From: Elusimicrobiota bacterium | GTDB taxonomy: Bacteria > CG03 > SLGR01 > JBDRKX01 | Assembly: GCA_043813605.1 (NCBI GenBank) | Contig: JBDRKX010000044.1 | Location: forward strand, 1 to 51,091 | DNA length: 51,091 bases | Reading direction: 5' to 3' | Shown here: one piece after another, positions 8,890 to 18,423 of the stretch | Layout: every line of letters starts with the position of its first letter | Numbering within the stretch: position 1 is the stretch's first letter | The notes under the pieces: generated by a model | Databases searched by the model: none | Told to the model about the DNA's origin: nothing | The model's input: only the letters and a program-made list of their open reading frames with translations | Program-made: the position numbers and the translations under genes

Positions 8890-9204
8890 ATGGATATCAA
8901 ACAAATTAAACTCACTATCAATAATTGGGTAAAAAGTCACGATATAAAATGTAGGGTATATTTATTCGGGTCCCAGGCTAGAAGAACAGCAAAAGAAAAT
9001 AGCGACTATGATATCGCACTTGAATTTCTGGATACATTTACAGAGATCGAACACACGTTGTTGTGGATAGATAATCATTCAATATGGGAAAATGAATTAT
9101 CAGAGCTTTTTAAAGCAAATGTTGATTTGCAGCTTTATGCAGGTGATGAATATCCTACAATAAAAAAGGGATTAGAGGAAAAGAATATACTGCTTTTCAC
9201 ATAA
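8890..9204 (+). CDS. Minimal nucleotidyltransferase (MNT/Pol-beta-like) domain protein
   Basis: YLFGSQARR....SDYDIA motif and VDL near the C-terminus; about 100 aa. Confidence 0.85.
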   Translation: MDIKQIKLTINNWVKSHDIKCRVYLFGSQARRTAKENSDYDIALEFLDTFTEIEHTLLWIDNHSIWENELSELFKANVDLQLYAGDEYPTIKKGLEEKNILLFT

Positions 9205-9207
9205 TGA

Positions 9208-9256
9208 TGAAATCTACAGAAAGAAGTATTACTCGCTACGACTGTCTCACTCGTAA
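9208..9256 (+). repeat. Bipartite intergenic repeat, copy 2
   Basis: TGAAATCTACAGAAAGAA-N18-GTCTCACTCGTAA. Confidence 0.75.
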
Positions 9257-9322
9257 CGAGATGGAGATAGTAAAAGGAAATATTTAAATGGAATACGATA
9301 CATAGAATATAGGAGAAATTTT

Positions 9323-9643
9323 ATGGAAAACAAATATTCAGTAATTTTAACAACATGTTCAAACGAGGATTGTTTAAACAAATTGATTGATTCACTGTTA
9401 GACAACAAATTGGCAGCATGTATACAGGTTGTCAATATAAGGAGTTATTATGTCTGGCAGAATAAAAAATCAACGGACAAGGAGTTACTATTATTAATAA
9501 AGACGAAATCAGATTTATTCAGTAAAGTAGAAGAATGTATAATTAAAAATCATACCTATGAGATACCGGAAATAATTCAACTGCCAATTATAAATGGATT
9601 TACAAAATATTTAAACTGGATAGACGAAGTGGCTGTATCTTGA
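9323..9643 (+). CDS. cutA: Divalent-cation tolerance protein CutA
   Basis: LAACIQ...SYYVWQ...E...LIKT...HTYEIPEII...YLNWI. Confidence 0.92.
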   Translation: MENKYSVILTTCSNEDCLNKLIDSLLDNKLAACIQVVNIRSYYVWQNKKSTDKELLLLIKTKSDLFSKVEECIIKNHTYEIPEIIQLPIINGFTKYLNWIDEVAVS

Positions 9644-9759
9644 TTGATAAAACATTATTGGCTTTAATGGGCGCTGATGGATATTTTAACAAGCGCCTGT
9701 CGCCTTTTTTTGAGGTCGGTTTGCAGAATTAGTAGTCATAATATTGAATTACGAAGAAG

Positions 9760-10491
9760 ATGAAAAAAGGACTCTCAAGAATATTGATAATATTTTTACT
9801 GCCAGGTTTATTCGGAGCAGCAAGAAGACCGATGAAATACAAAGACAATTCGATTTATTCTGAAGAAAGAAAGGCGATGGTCCAGAATCAGATCATTCAC
9901 CGCGGTGTCAGCGACATTAGAGTATTAAATGTCATGGAAAAGGTGCCGCGTCATCTATTTGTTCCGGAGAATATGATAAGCAGCGCATATACTGATAATC
10001 CGCTTCCGATCGGCTATGATCAGACGATATCACAGCCGTATATTGTTGCTTTGATGACGGAGCTTCTTGAGCTTGATGGCAGTGAAAAAGTCTTGGAGAT
10101 AGGAACCGGATCCGGGTATCAGGCAGCTGTCCTTGCCGAACTTGCGGATGAGGTTTATACAATAGAGATTGTCGATGAGCTTGCAGAACAGGCAGGGGCA
10201 ATTCTTACTGGATTAGGATATGCCAATATCAAAGTTAAATCCGGTGATGGTTTTCTGGGTTGGCCGGAATACGCGCCGTTTGATGCCATTATAGTAACCT
10301 GCGCGCCTGAAAACATTCCTGGCCCTCTTATTAAACAGCTGGCCGAAGGAGGAAGGATAGTTATTCCGGTCGGTCCGCGGTTCCCTCATCAAGTACTTAA
10401 AGTAGCAGAAAAAATAAATGGCCGAATAATCGAAAAAGAGAACATTCCGGTTCGGTTCGTACCGATGACAGGTATAGCCGAGCAAGAGTAA
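9760..10491 (+). CDS. pcm: Protein-L-isoaspartate O-methyltransferase with a hydrophobic N-terminal extension
   Basis: VPRHLFVP, QTISQPYIVA, VLEIGTGSGYQAA, GWPEYAPFDAIIVT, VRFVPM. Confidence 0.93.
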   Translation: MKKGLSRILIIFLLPGLFGAARRPMKYKDNSIYSEERKAMVQNQIIHRGVSDIRVLNVMEKVPRHLFVPENMISSAYTDNPLPIGYDQTISQPYIVALMTELLELDGSEKVLEIGTGSGYQAAVLAELADEVYTIEIVDELAEQAGAILTGLGYANIKVKSGDGFLGWPEYAPFDAIIVTCAPENIPGPLIKQLAEGGRIVIPVGPRFPHQVLKVAEKINGRIIEKENIPVRFVPMTGIAEQE

Positions 10492-10536
10492 GTTAGGGAG
10501 ATGGAGCTTGTCAATATGACAAAAGAGGCGAATTAA

Positions 10537-10893
10537 GTGAACGACCATAAAGTTATTGGATTTTTTGCATTCATATCAGAACGAGAAGTGCTGTGTGATG
10601 GGGATGCGTGTGTTATAACAGGCTCGGAGAAAAAAATTAAAGAATATGCTATTAAATCCAATCTAAAAGACATAGATAAACTTACAATTAGAAAGACAAG
10701 ATTTGGGGAAATTATGAGGGGATTTAGTTTGGGAGGCGCATATTGCTTTGATGAAGAAGCATATAACAGATTCTATCCTCTTGCCCGAAAGAAAGGACTG
10801 AACATAGGCCCGGAGGATTTTTCAGGGAAAACAGAAACAGGTATACAATTTGCTAGAATACAAAAGGCTCCCGGGATTAAAGGTAATGCATAA
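10537..10893 (+). CDS. Hypothetical protein (possibly frameshifted from a C-terminal SEC-C motif)
   Basis: 118-aa ORF, GTG start with GAGG upstream; no family recognised. Confidence 0.6.
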   Translation: MNDHKVIGFFAFISEREVLCDGDACVITGSEKKIKEYAIKSNLKDIDKLTIRKTRFGEIMRGFSLGGAYCFDEEAYNRFYPLARKKGLNIGPEDFSGKTETGIQFARIQKAPGIKGNA

Positions 10894-10969
10894 AATATCA
10901 AGAAACGACCCCTGTCCATGCGGCAGCGGGAAGAAATATAAGAAATGCTGTTTAAAGAGCACGGAATAG
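10886..10969 (+). CDS. SEC-C metal-binding motif (27-aa ORF or frameshifted tail of the preceding gene)
   Basis: Translates [27 protein letters not shown]; absent from the ORF track because of its size. Confidence 0.75.
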   Translation: MHKISRNDPCPCGSGKKYKKCCLKSTE

Positions 10970-11003
10970 TTTAAATATAATTAGAAATATTCAGGAGGTT
11001 AAC

Positions 11004-11195
11004 ATGCCAAGCGTAACAATAGAAGGACCTAAAATTGAAGAGATTGAGGTAAAGAGAACGCTGGTAAAGGAAATCACAGATGCCCTTGAGAAAGCTTATA
11101 GGATACCAAGAGAAGCCTATGTTGTCCTGATTAAAGAAAACACGCCTGAGAATGTCGGCGTCGGCGGGGAGTTGATAGTAGATAAAATAAATTAG
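11004..11195 (+). CDS. 4-oxalocrotonate tautomerase family protein (DmpI-like)
   Basis: Pro after Met, KRTLVKEITDA, ENVGVGG; strong AGGAGG RBS. Confidence 0.88.
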   Translation: MPSVTIEGPKIEEIEVKRTLVKEITDALEKAYRIPREAYVVLIKENTPENVGVGGELIVDKIN

Positions 11196-11214
11196 AGAAT
11201 ATAGGAGGATTGCT

Positions 11215-11688
11215 GTGGCTGAAATTTTAATCGTTTATTTTTCTAAGTCTGGAAATACCAAAGAAATGGCTGAATATGTTAAGCAGGGAGTACAAGCGGC
11301 AGATGTGTCAGTGAAATTGATGGATGTAAAGGATGCTGAACCGGATGATTTATTAATACCGGCTGGAATAATAATCGGCTCTCCCACCTATTACGGACTT
11401 CCCAGCGCTGAGATACTGAAACTGTTTGATGACAGCGTGAAATATCACGGAGGCCTGGAAGGCAAAGTCGGAGGAGCATTTTCTTCTTCTGCAAATATAG
11501 GAGGGGGAAATGAAACAACAATAATGGCTATACTTGAGGCTATGCTTATCCATGGAATGATAATTCAGGGTACATCTGAAGGTGATCACTATGGCCCGGT
11601 ATCTATCGGTGCACCTGATGACAGGGCAAAGAAACAATGTATTGCTCTTGGAAAAAGAGTAGCAGAACTGACAAAGAAATTAAAATAA
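11215..11688 (+). CDS. Flavodoxin-like / WrbA-type NAD(P)H:quinone oxidoreductase
   Basis: YFSKSGNTKEMA, IIGSPTYYG, GKVGGAFSS...GGGNETT. Confidence 0.88.
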   Translation: MAEILIVYFSKSGNTKEMAEYVKQGVQAADVSVKLMDVKDAEPDDLLIPAGIIIGSPTYYGLPSAEILKLFDDSVKYHGGLEGKVGGAFSSSANIGGGNETTIMAILEAMLIHGMIIQGTSEGDHYGPVSIGAPDDRAKKQCIALGKRVAELTKKLK

Positions 11689-11866
11689 GTAAAGTGCATA
11701 CGCTTGTAAAAAAAATACAGGAGAATAAAATGAATATATTAGAATTATGTAAATGTGCCGAGAATCCAATTTGGCCATTTGCAAAATATTACCTGTAATT
11801 AGTATTGCTGTCGTAAGTGGGGTTATAGGATTTTTATAGGAAAGAAAAAAAAGAGAAAACTGTAGA

Positions 11867-12187
11867 ATGAAACGGATAAGCATATCAATATTATTAAGTT
11901 GCATATTGGGTATGTTCTGTGTGGTGGGAGTATCAATAAGACAGAACATAACGTTTACTGACCTGGTCCTCTGGCAGATATTTTATAACAGAATTATTCT
12001 TGGCATAGTTGTGGGGCTCAGCGGATGGATAAAGGCAAAACCTGTTATCAGGGGAGCAGTTGCAGGGCTTATTGTAAGTTTTTCTGTATATATAGGGTCA
12101 GGTTTTAGTGATCCTGTAACATTTTTTGCTGGCATCATTTACGGTGTTATTATTGATTTGGTTGCGACCAAATATGGAGAGCAATAA
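11867..12187 (+). CDS. Small four-helix membrane protein
   Basis: Hydrophobic 106-aa ORF with NR..LG..VG, RGA..G and AGIIYG..ID..AT patterns. Confidence 0.7.
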   Translation: MKRISISILLSCILGMFCVVGVSIRQNITFTDLVLWQIFYNRIILGIVVGLSGWIKAKPVIRGAVAGLIVSFSVYIGSGFSDPVTFFAGIIYGVIIDLVATKYGEQ

Positions 12188-12255
12188 GCACGTAAAATAT
12201 TTAATGCTGTTTCAAAAAGTCCGCATATGAAAACGGGGCCGGTGCCTAACAACGA

Positions 12256-12304
12256 TGAAACCTGCAAAAAGAAAACTATTATATGGAGTGCGTCTCCCTC
12301 GTAA
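12256..12304 (+). repeat. Bipartite intergenic repeat, copy 3
   Basis: TGAAACCTGCAAAAAGAA-N18-GTCTCCCTCGTAA; same spacing as copies 1 and 2. Confidence 0.7.
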
Positions 12305-12375
12305 CCATAAGCAGAAAGATTAGAAAAAGAAGAGTTGTAATTTGACTTTTTCAAGGCACTCTGTAAGTTTAACAA

Positions 12376-13008
12376 TCAAATTATTATTGTTCTTTTAAAA
12401 CCGGAAAAAGGCTGAAACCATTCTGCAGGCTTCAAATTACAAGCACTTATACTATTTTTCATTTCTTCATCATTTTCAATACCGTCAAATATCGGCATTG
12501 ATAACATCTGAAAATCGTAATCCATAAACATTCCTTCTTGCATTACTTCAAAATAATTTCGAACTTTTTTGGCTGATTTTGTTGTAGCATCTATCAGTGA
12601 TTCAAGAGTTAGTTTTAATACTTCATAAAATATCATTTCTTCTGCTACAGAATGTAATAATTCACTATTAGTTAAATTCTTTTTCAGGTCTATTTTAGAA
12701 AATATACTGTATAATTTTTCTGCTGTATCTCTGAATTTTATCAAAGTGGTTTTATCTATATTATGACTAAATTTTGCGGGTATAAATTGCGGCATATTTT
12801 TGATTCTTTCTTTTTTATCCGGATCCTGCATCTCATAAATAAACTTATCGAGTTCAGCAATAAATAAAAGGAACCCATGTTCTTTAAGTCTACTCCATAA
12901 TTGTTTATTTGATAATTCAGTGAAATCATAATGTTCGTCTCTTTCAACATCAGAATACAATTCTTTTTCATCAAATTTCTTGTATACGATGTCGTTATTA
13001 TCATTCAT
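12376..13008 (-). CDS. Hypothetical protein
   Basis: 210-aa AT-rich ORF; no family recognised. Confidence 0.65.
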   Translation of the reverse strand: MNDNNDIVYKKFDEKELYSDVERDEHYDFTELSNKQLWSRLKEHGFLLFIAELDKFIYEMQDPDKKERIKNMPQFIPAKFSHNIDKTTLIKFRDTAEKLYSIFSKIDLKKNLTNSELLHSVAEEMIFYEVLKLTLESLIDATTKSAKKVRNYFEVMQEGMFMDYDFQMLSMPIFDGIENDEEMKNSISACNLKPAEWFQPFSGFKRTIII

Positions 13009-13209
13009 AATTATTAGCGAGAAAAATATTTATAATCTTTACTTTATAAGTTTATAAATAAAAGTCAACAAAGTAAAAGTATAAACTTTCTTTGAAGTTG
13101 TTGGGTTGATGGGAGGTTACCCTGCCTCAAGCAATAACGTAATCAAGGGTATATGTCACAAGTGCCGGAAAGCTTCTAAGAAAAAGGAAGGATAAATTTA
13201 AATTCGTCT

Positions 13210-14088
13210 TTAGTCAATTGTTTCTTCTTCTCTTAAAACATATTCATCGGGTCTACCATGGCAATAAAGACTTATAAGCTTACTCGTTATATCAGATGGC
13301 AGATAAATGTATTCTTCAATAGAAATAGATTCCCCTGATTTTAATTTATTTATTACCTGGTTTCTCATTTCTAAAAATCTTCCTTTTTTAATTTGCTTTT
13401 TCAAAATATTCTCAGGAACCGGGTAATCTTCCTCTATTGCTCTAATAAGATACCCCGCCGGATTATTAATTTCTGTTTTATTATCTAATTGAAAATCAAG
13501 AAAATTCATTTTCTCTTTAATTCTTTTCTCATCGTATTTTAAGGCAATATCTTCAGCTTTTTCTTTTTTTATTCCTTTCCTTAAAAGTAAAATAGCAACA
13601 TCATTTATGTTGTTGTTATACTCTTTCTTGTTTAAATCACTGTTTATTATTGTGGGTTTAATTTCTTTACCAGGGGGCTTGGTAAAGTTTTGATACCCCC
13701 CTTGTAAAATTTCTTTACCAGGGGTAGAATTTCGTAAATTAAGTCTGTAATTCGTTGGCAAGTTACCTTTATCTTCACTCTTTTGTTTTATAGTTATAAG
13801 TATATTTTTTTCTACTAAACCATTTAAAGCCTTTATTAATGTGGGCTTGCTTAAACCCGTTCCATAATCCAGTATTGTTCCATCCCGTTTTATTACACCA
13901 TGCATCATTTGATTAAAAGAAATATTGTCGCTGTCTTTTTTAAATCCGAATGTCCTTCGTACTACATACATTAGAGCTTTTAATTCGGCACCGGAAATAT
14001 GCGCTAATAATATATCAAATACTTCGTCAGGCACCTGGGTATATCTGGGAGATATGAAGCCTTCAAAATTATTTTTAATATCAAACAT
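13210..14088 (-). CDS. Phage/plasmid replication initiator (lambda O-like N-terminal HTH)
   Basis: YTQVPDEVFD.LL..ISGAELK.L.Y..RRTFGFKK..D.IS..Q, GTGLSK.T...AL..L; C-terminal NPAGYLIRAIEEDY; internal iteron-like DNA repeats. Confidence 0.75.
   Translation of the reverse strand: MFDIKNNFEGFISPRYTQVPDEVFDILLAHISGAELKALMYVVRRTFGFKKDSDNISFNQMMHGVIKRDGTILDYGTGLSKPTLIKALNGLVEKNILITIKQKSEDKGNLPTNYRLNLRNSTPGKEILQGGYQNFTKPPGKEIKPTIINSDLNKKEYNNNINDVAILLLRKGIKKEKAEDIALKYDEKRIKEKMNFLDFQLDNKTEINNPAGYLIRAIEEDYPVPENILKKQIKKGRFLEMRNQVINKLKSGESISIEEYIYLPSDITSKLISLYCHGRPDEYVLREEETID
13655..13724. repeat. Iteron-like repeats inside the replication gene (putative origin)
   Basis: AATTTCTTTACCAGGGG at 13660-13676 and 13708-13724; three dyads resembling GGTAAA-N5-TTTACC at 13655, 13681 and 13703. 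Confidence 0.65.
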
Positions 14089-14222
14089 TATTTGTTGTAA
14101 CCAAATTGTAACTATATTAGATACAGATAGGCTAAGTTTTATGAAGCTTAATAAAGTTCAATAATGTTGAGTTATTGACGATAAGTTTAATTTATAGAGG
14201 GGTGGGTGATTGCCCCAATTTA

Positions 14223-14263
14223 GGATTAAGAGTCCGTTGCTCTGCCAATTGAGCTAGCGACCC
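14223..14263 (-). pseudogene. 5' half of tRNA-Lys(CTT), truncated after the anticodon loop (probable att junction)
   Basis: GGGTCGCTAGCTCAATTGGCAGAGCAACGGACTCTTAATCC has the acceptor 5' strand, D arm and CTT anticodon; no T-arm (no GTTC motif) follows. Confidence 0.85.
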
Positions 14264-14332
14264 ACCCAAATCTGTTTTTGCCAGTATCCATTCCGGCTAT
14301 ATTAACCTGATATTTTCTCTTATTAATGGAAC

Positions 14333-14408
14333 TGGCACCCTCGGGGCGATTCGAACGCCCAACCCTCTGCTTAGAAGGCAGATGCTCTATCCATTGAGCT
14401 ACGAGGGT
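14333..14408 (-). tRNA. tRNA-Arg(TCT)
   Basis: 76-nt cloverleaf: ACCCTCG/CGAGGGT acceptor, CTTCTAA loop, GTTCGAATC, encoded CCA. Confidence 0.97.
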
Positions 14409-14423
14409 ACGAATATTCTAAAA

Positions 14424-14452
14424 ATAATAGAAAATTATACTATTAATGTCAA
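14424..14452 (-). promoter_or_regulatory. Sigma70 promoter of the tRNA-Arg/tRNA-Lys unit
   Basis: TTGACA-17 nt-TATTAT on the minus strand. Confidence 0.7.
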
Positions 14453-14568
14453 CCGCAAAGCAATTTGCATTTTCTATGTTTTTTTTTACAATAAACAATG
14501 ATATAATCTTTTTGTAAAGGAACATTTTACTAGGAAGTCAGGCAGGAAAAAAAGGAGATACTTTAATT

Positions 14569-15753
14569 ATGCTGTCCGAACTATCAAAAAAACTGCAGCC
14601 TTCACCGACTCTTGCTATTACAGCAAAAGCCAAACAGATGAAAAAAGAAGGCATGGACATTATTGGATTCGGAGCCGGAGAACCGGATTTTGATACACCC
14701 GATTTCATAAAAAAAGCTGCCATCGAAGCCCTTAATTCCGGTGATACCAAATATACTCCGGTTACAGGGACTATGGAGCTGAAAAAAGCTATTATAGACA
14801 AATTCAGGACTGAAAACAGGCTTTCTTATTCAGCTGACCAGATAATGGTCAACTGCGGGGCAAAACATACTCTTTTTAATATTATCATGTGCACAGTACA
14901 AGCAGGTGATGAAGTGATAATACCTTCACCTTACTGGGTATCATATACGGAAATGGTACACGCAGCGGGAGCAAAACCGGTAATAGCAGACTGCATGTCA
15001 ACCGGGGCCCTTAAACTTACACCCGAGATACTGGAAAACTGCATAACTCCCGATACAAAACTTCTGATCCTTAACTCACCTTCTAATCCAGCAGGAGCCT
15101 TATACTCAAAAGAAGAACTTGAAAATATTGCCGGAATAATTTCAGGTACTGAAATTAATATAATTTCCGACGAGATATATGAACATCTTATATATGATAC
15201 TGAGTTCAACTCCATAGCACAGGTCTCGGCAGAAACGAAAGAAAAGACCATTATTGTCAATGGTGTATCAAAGGCATACTCTATGACCGGCTGGAGAATC
15301 GGCTATGCCGCGGGCAATTCTGAAATTATTTCTGCATGTGCAAAACTCCAGTCACATTCCACTTCTAATCCTACTTCTTTTGCACAGGCCGGTGCAATCG
15401 CCGCCTTATCATCACCGGCCAGTCCTGCAGAGAGAGGGAAAATGGTAGAGGAATTCAGGAAAAGAAGGGATTTTATCTATAAGGAACTCAGTTCCATACC
15501 GCGTATTACCGTCAACAAACCGGAAGGCGCTTTTTATATATTCCCTTACATCGGTGAATATTTTTCCAATGATATAGATTCGTCATTCAGCTTTGCAGAA
15601 AAAATACTTGAAAAAAAACTGGTTGCCCTGGTACCCGGTGAAGGTTTTGGCGCGCCCGGATATATAAGGCTCTCATATGCTTCTTCAATAGAAGAACTAT
15701 CCAAAGGATTGGCCAGAATAAAAGAATACCTGGAAGAGATCAGGCCTTTCTGA
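14569..15753 (+). CDS. aspC: Class I PLP-dependent (aspartate) aminotransferase
   Basis: [43 protein letters not shown]. Confidence 0.9.
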   Translation: MLSELSKKLQPSPTLAITAKAKQMKKEGMDIIGFGAGEPDFDTPDFIKKAAIEALNSGDTKYTPVTGTMELKKAIIDKFRTENRLSYSADQIMVNCGAKHTLFNIIMCTVQAGDEVIIPSPYWVSYTEMVHAAGAKPVIADCMSTGALKLTPEILENCITPDTKLLILNSPSNPAGALYSKEELENIAGIISGTEINIISDEIYEHLIYDTEFNSIAQVSAETKEKTIIVNGVSKAYSMTGWRIGYAAGNSEIISACAKLQSHSTSNPTSFAQAGAIAALSSPASPAERGKMVEEFRKRRDFIYKELSSIPRITVNKPEGAFYIFPYIGEYFSNDIDSSFSFAEKILEKKLVALVPGEGFGAPGYIRLSYASSIEELSKGLARIKEYLEEIRPF

Positions 15754-16504
15754 CCGGCAAACCGTGTTCGGCCAGATAGTCCTTGGCCTGTGCTATGGTA
15801 TAGTTCCCGTAATGGAAAATTGAAGCGGCAAGTACTGCATCTGCTTTTCCATTCTTCAAAACATCCACCAGATGATCAAGGTTCCCTGCACCACCGGACG
15901 CTATTACAGGAATGTTTACTTTTTCAGAAACGGCACGGGTAAGTTCTACATCATATCCGTCCAGAGTTCCGTCTGCATCCATACTCGTAAGGAGTATCTC
16001 TCCGGCGCCCAAAGATTCCGCTCTTGAAGCCCATTCCAGGACATCTATTCCTGTATTTTTTCTGCCGCCGTAAGTAACAACCTGCCAATCCGGTTTTTTT
16101 GAAATCCTCTTTGCATCAATAGCGCATACAATACATTGGGTGCCAAAAGCTTCTGCAGCTTCTTTTATAAGCTCAGGGGATTCAACCGCTCCGGTATTTA
16201 TCGAAACTTTATCCGCTCCTGCTTTAAGGAGCATGGAAATATCATACAGCTCCCTTATACCGCCGCCTACCGTCAGCGGTATAAAAACAAGGCTGGCCGT
16301 CTTGCGGACAATCTCGAACTGTGTCTCTCTGTTTTCATGAGACGCAGTTATGTCGAGGAAGACTAATTCATCTGCTTCCTGTTCACTGTATTTTTCAGCT
16401 ACTTCTACAGGATCGCCTGCGTCTTTGAGATCTATAAACTCGATCCCCTTCACTACACGGCCGTCTTTCACATCAAGACACGGTATAATTCTTTTAGCCA
16501 GCAT
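15740..16504 (-). CDS. hisF: Imidazole glycerol phosphate synthase cyclase subunit
   Basis: [42 protein letters not shown]. Confidence 0.98.
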   Translation of the reverse strand: MLAKRIIPCLDVKDGRVVKGIEFIDLKDAGDPVEVAEKYSEQEADELVFLDITASHENRETQFEIVRKTASLVFIPLTVGGGIRELYDISMLLKAGADKVSINTGAVESPELIKEAAEAFGTQCIVCAIDAKRISKKPDWQVVTYGGRKNTGIDVLEWASRAESLGAGEILLTSMDADGTLDGYDVELTRAVSEKVNIPVIASGGAGNLDHLVDVLKNGKADAVLAASIFHYGNYTIAQAKDYLAEHGLPVRKA

Positions 16505-17099
16505 ATTCTATAAAATTCTTTAATAATCTGAGTCCTGTACTACTGCTCTTTTCAGGATGGAACTGAACACCCCAGATATTTCCCTTCCGCACTGCAGATA
16601 CAAAATTCATCCCGTAATCCGTCCTTGCAGCAATATTATCTGAGTTTACAACTGAAGCATAATAGGAATGGTCAAAATAAAAATATGAATTCTCGGTTAT
16701 TGTTCCGGACATAGCGCCGGATTCAGAAAAGCTCACCTGATTCCATCCCATATGCGGTATTTTCACATCAGTCGGAAATTTTTCTACAGTGCCTTCTATG
16801 ATCCCGAAACCCTTGGTCCTGCCGTGTTCATAACTCTCATCGAACAGGATCTGCATTCCGAGACAGATCCCCAGATATGGTCTGTCAGAAAGAAGGTACT
16901 GAAGTAATACTTCTTTAAAACCCAGATCATTTATATTATTCATTGCCTTTCTGAATGCCCCTACTCCGGGCAGTACTAAGGCATCCGCTTCTTCTATATC
17001 GCCGGGCTTTGAGCTTATCTGTACAGCCGCCCCGGCTTTTTCCAGAGCCCTGCTTACACTCATTATATTTCCAAGTCCGTAATCTATTACAACTATCAC
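16494..17099 (-). CDS. hisH: Imidazole glycerol phosphate synthase glutaminase subunit
   Basis: IDYGLGN, LPGVGAF, GICLGMQ, PHMGWN, QFHPEKS. Confidence 0.97.
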   Translation of the reverse strand: MIVVIDYGLGNIMSVSRALEKAGAAVQISSKPGDIEEADALVLPGVGAFRKAMNNINDLGFKEVLLQYLLSDRPYLGICLGMQILFDESYEHGRTKGFGIIEGTVEKFPTDVKIPHMGWNQVSFSESGAMSGTITENSYFYFDHSYYASVVNSDNIAARTDYGMNFVSAVRKGNIWGVQFHPEKSSSTGLRLLKNFIEYAG

Positions 17100-17183
17100 A
17101 ATTCTATATCCTGCAATACTATTTCACTATTCAAATACGTATATCAGATAAAATTTGATATTTCAAATGTATTTATCTATCAT

Positions 17184-17891
17184 ATGTTTATCATGATGGA
17201 GAAACTAAGAGAACATATGAAAAAAATTATGTGGTTTATAGCAGCCATATTCATCGGAGGTATATTCTTCTGGTACGGCCGGGTCAGAACTATCACTGAT
17301 GCTGTAGCCAATATTAACAACTCCAAGATAAAAGTCGGGGATTACCATAAACGTGTAACACAACAGTTGAGAAGGACCCGTGAAGAATCAGAAGATGAAC
17401 TGACTGATGAACATATCATGCAGATACGCAGGAAGATATTAAGTGCAATGATAACCGAAGAAGTCCTTTACCAGGAATCAAAAAGGATCGGAATAATAGT
17501 AACCGATGAAGAAGTAGTGAACACTATCCATAACCTGCCGCAGTTTCAGCAAGACAGTAAATTTAATTTTAATCTATATGCACAGACTTTAAAGTATTCG
17601 ATGAACAGCGAACCGGATGATTTTGAACTGCTTATACGCAGAGACATCTCCAATCGCAAACTTGAGAGGCTGGTTATTAATTCTACTAAAGTCACTCCGG
17701 CAGAACTCAGTCTGTATTACTCGACTAAATACGGTGACATGACTGGTTTTAAAGACAAGAACGCTGAGGTTATGAATGAAATCCTCCAAAGCAAAAGAAC
17801 CGAACTTTATAAAAACTGGATGAATACACTTCAGCAAAACACCAAGATCAAAGTAAATACCGAATTGGCCGGGCTTACAGCAAAAAAATAA
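17184..17891 (+). CDS. SurA N-terminal domain protein (short PpiD-like, no PPIase domain seen)
   Basis: N-terminal anchor, VANINNSKI, GIIVTDEEV...I...PQFQ...F....Y. Confidence 0.75.
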   Translation: MFIMMEKLREHMKKIMWFIAAIFIGGIFFWYGRVRTITDAVANINNSKIKVGDYHKRVTQQLRRTREESEDELTDEHIMQIRRKILSAMITEEVLYQESKRIGIIVTDEEVVNTIHNLPQFQQDSKFNFNLYAQTLKYSMNSEPDDFELLIRRDISNRKLERLVINSTKVTPAELSLYYSTKYGDMTGFKDKNAEVMNEILQSKRTELYKNWMNTLQQNTKIKVNTELAGLTAKK

Positions 17892-17929
17892 CTACGGCAG
17901 TTTTGTCCGCTATTCTATAAAGATTCCCA

Positions 17930-18277
17930 CTATTCAGTTTGAGATTTTATCTTTTTTAATTCAGAGGGCCTTTTAATAACCGATACATTGGGTTTTGGAA
18001 ATTCCGGTCTTTTTGGAACTATTGACTTTGTCATTTCCGACTCTACTTTTGGTAGTTTATATACAGGGACCCTGGGAACCGGCGGAGACGGAATTACAGG
18101 CAGTTTCGGTGGAGCCTCAAAATTACGAACAATCCTTTTTGCATCATTTAGAGTCAGTTCGCCCGGGCTCTGCATCCGTTTTTTTACACCATCTATTATT
18201 GTAGGTACGAATTTTATATACAGAAAAACACAGACCAGCACAATAATAGCTATTATCGTAATGCTTTTCTTTGACAT
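17930..18277 (-). CDS. Membrane-anchored proline-rich hypothetical protein
   Basis: N-terminal hydrophobic segment, Pro/Lys-rich tail, AAGGAG RBS. Confidence 0.6.
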   Translation of the reverse strand: MSKKSITIIAIIVLVCVFLYIKFVPTIIDGVKKRMQSPGELTLNDAKRIVRNFEAPPKLPVIPSPPVPRVPVYKLPKVESEMTKSIVPKRPEFPKPNVSVIKRPSELKKIKSQTE

Positions 18278-18423
18278 AACATCTCCTTCAAACTCGATAA
18301 GTCCCGTAGCAATTATGGATAATTTGTCTCATAGTTAACCGTAAACCAGCTTATTAGACCAGCCTGAATATAGAGTGGCTGGACTCTGTATTATGTAATA
18401 CTGGATTATATCCTGAAAATCTG

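Noticed and set aside
9680..9720. TTTAACAAGCGCCTG as an integron attC start
   Set aside because: No matching GTTRRRY end or extended palindrome; no integron integrase in the window.
11730..11850. Possible decayed small gene after the flavodoxin (CAGGAG plus ATG, 22 codons)
   Set aside because: Too short and interrupted to support a call.
14158..14178. TCAATAA-N7-TTATTGA inverted repeat upstream of the rep gene
   Set aside because: Only 7-bp AT-rich arms in AT-rich DNA; not distinguishable from chance.
18355..18412. Short hairpin and palindromes (CCAGCC/GGCTGG, GTATTA-TG-TAATAC) as a riboswitch
   Set aside because: No recognisable aptamer consensus; stems are short enough to arise by chance.
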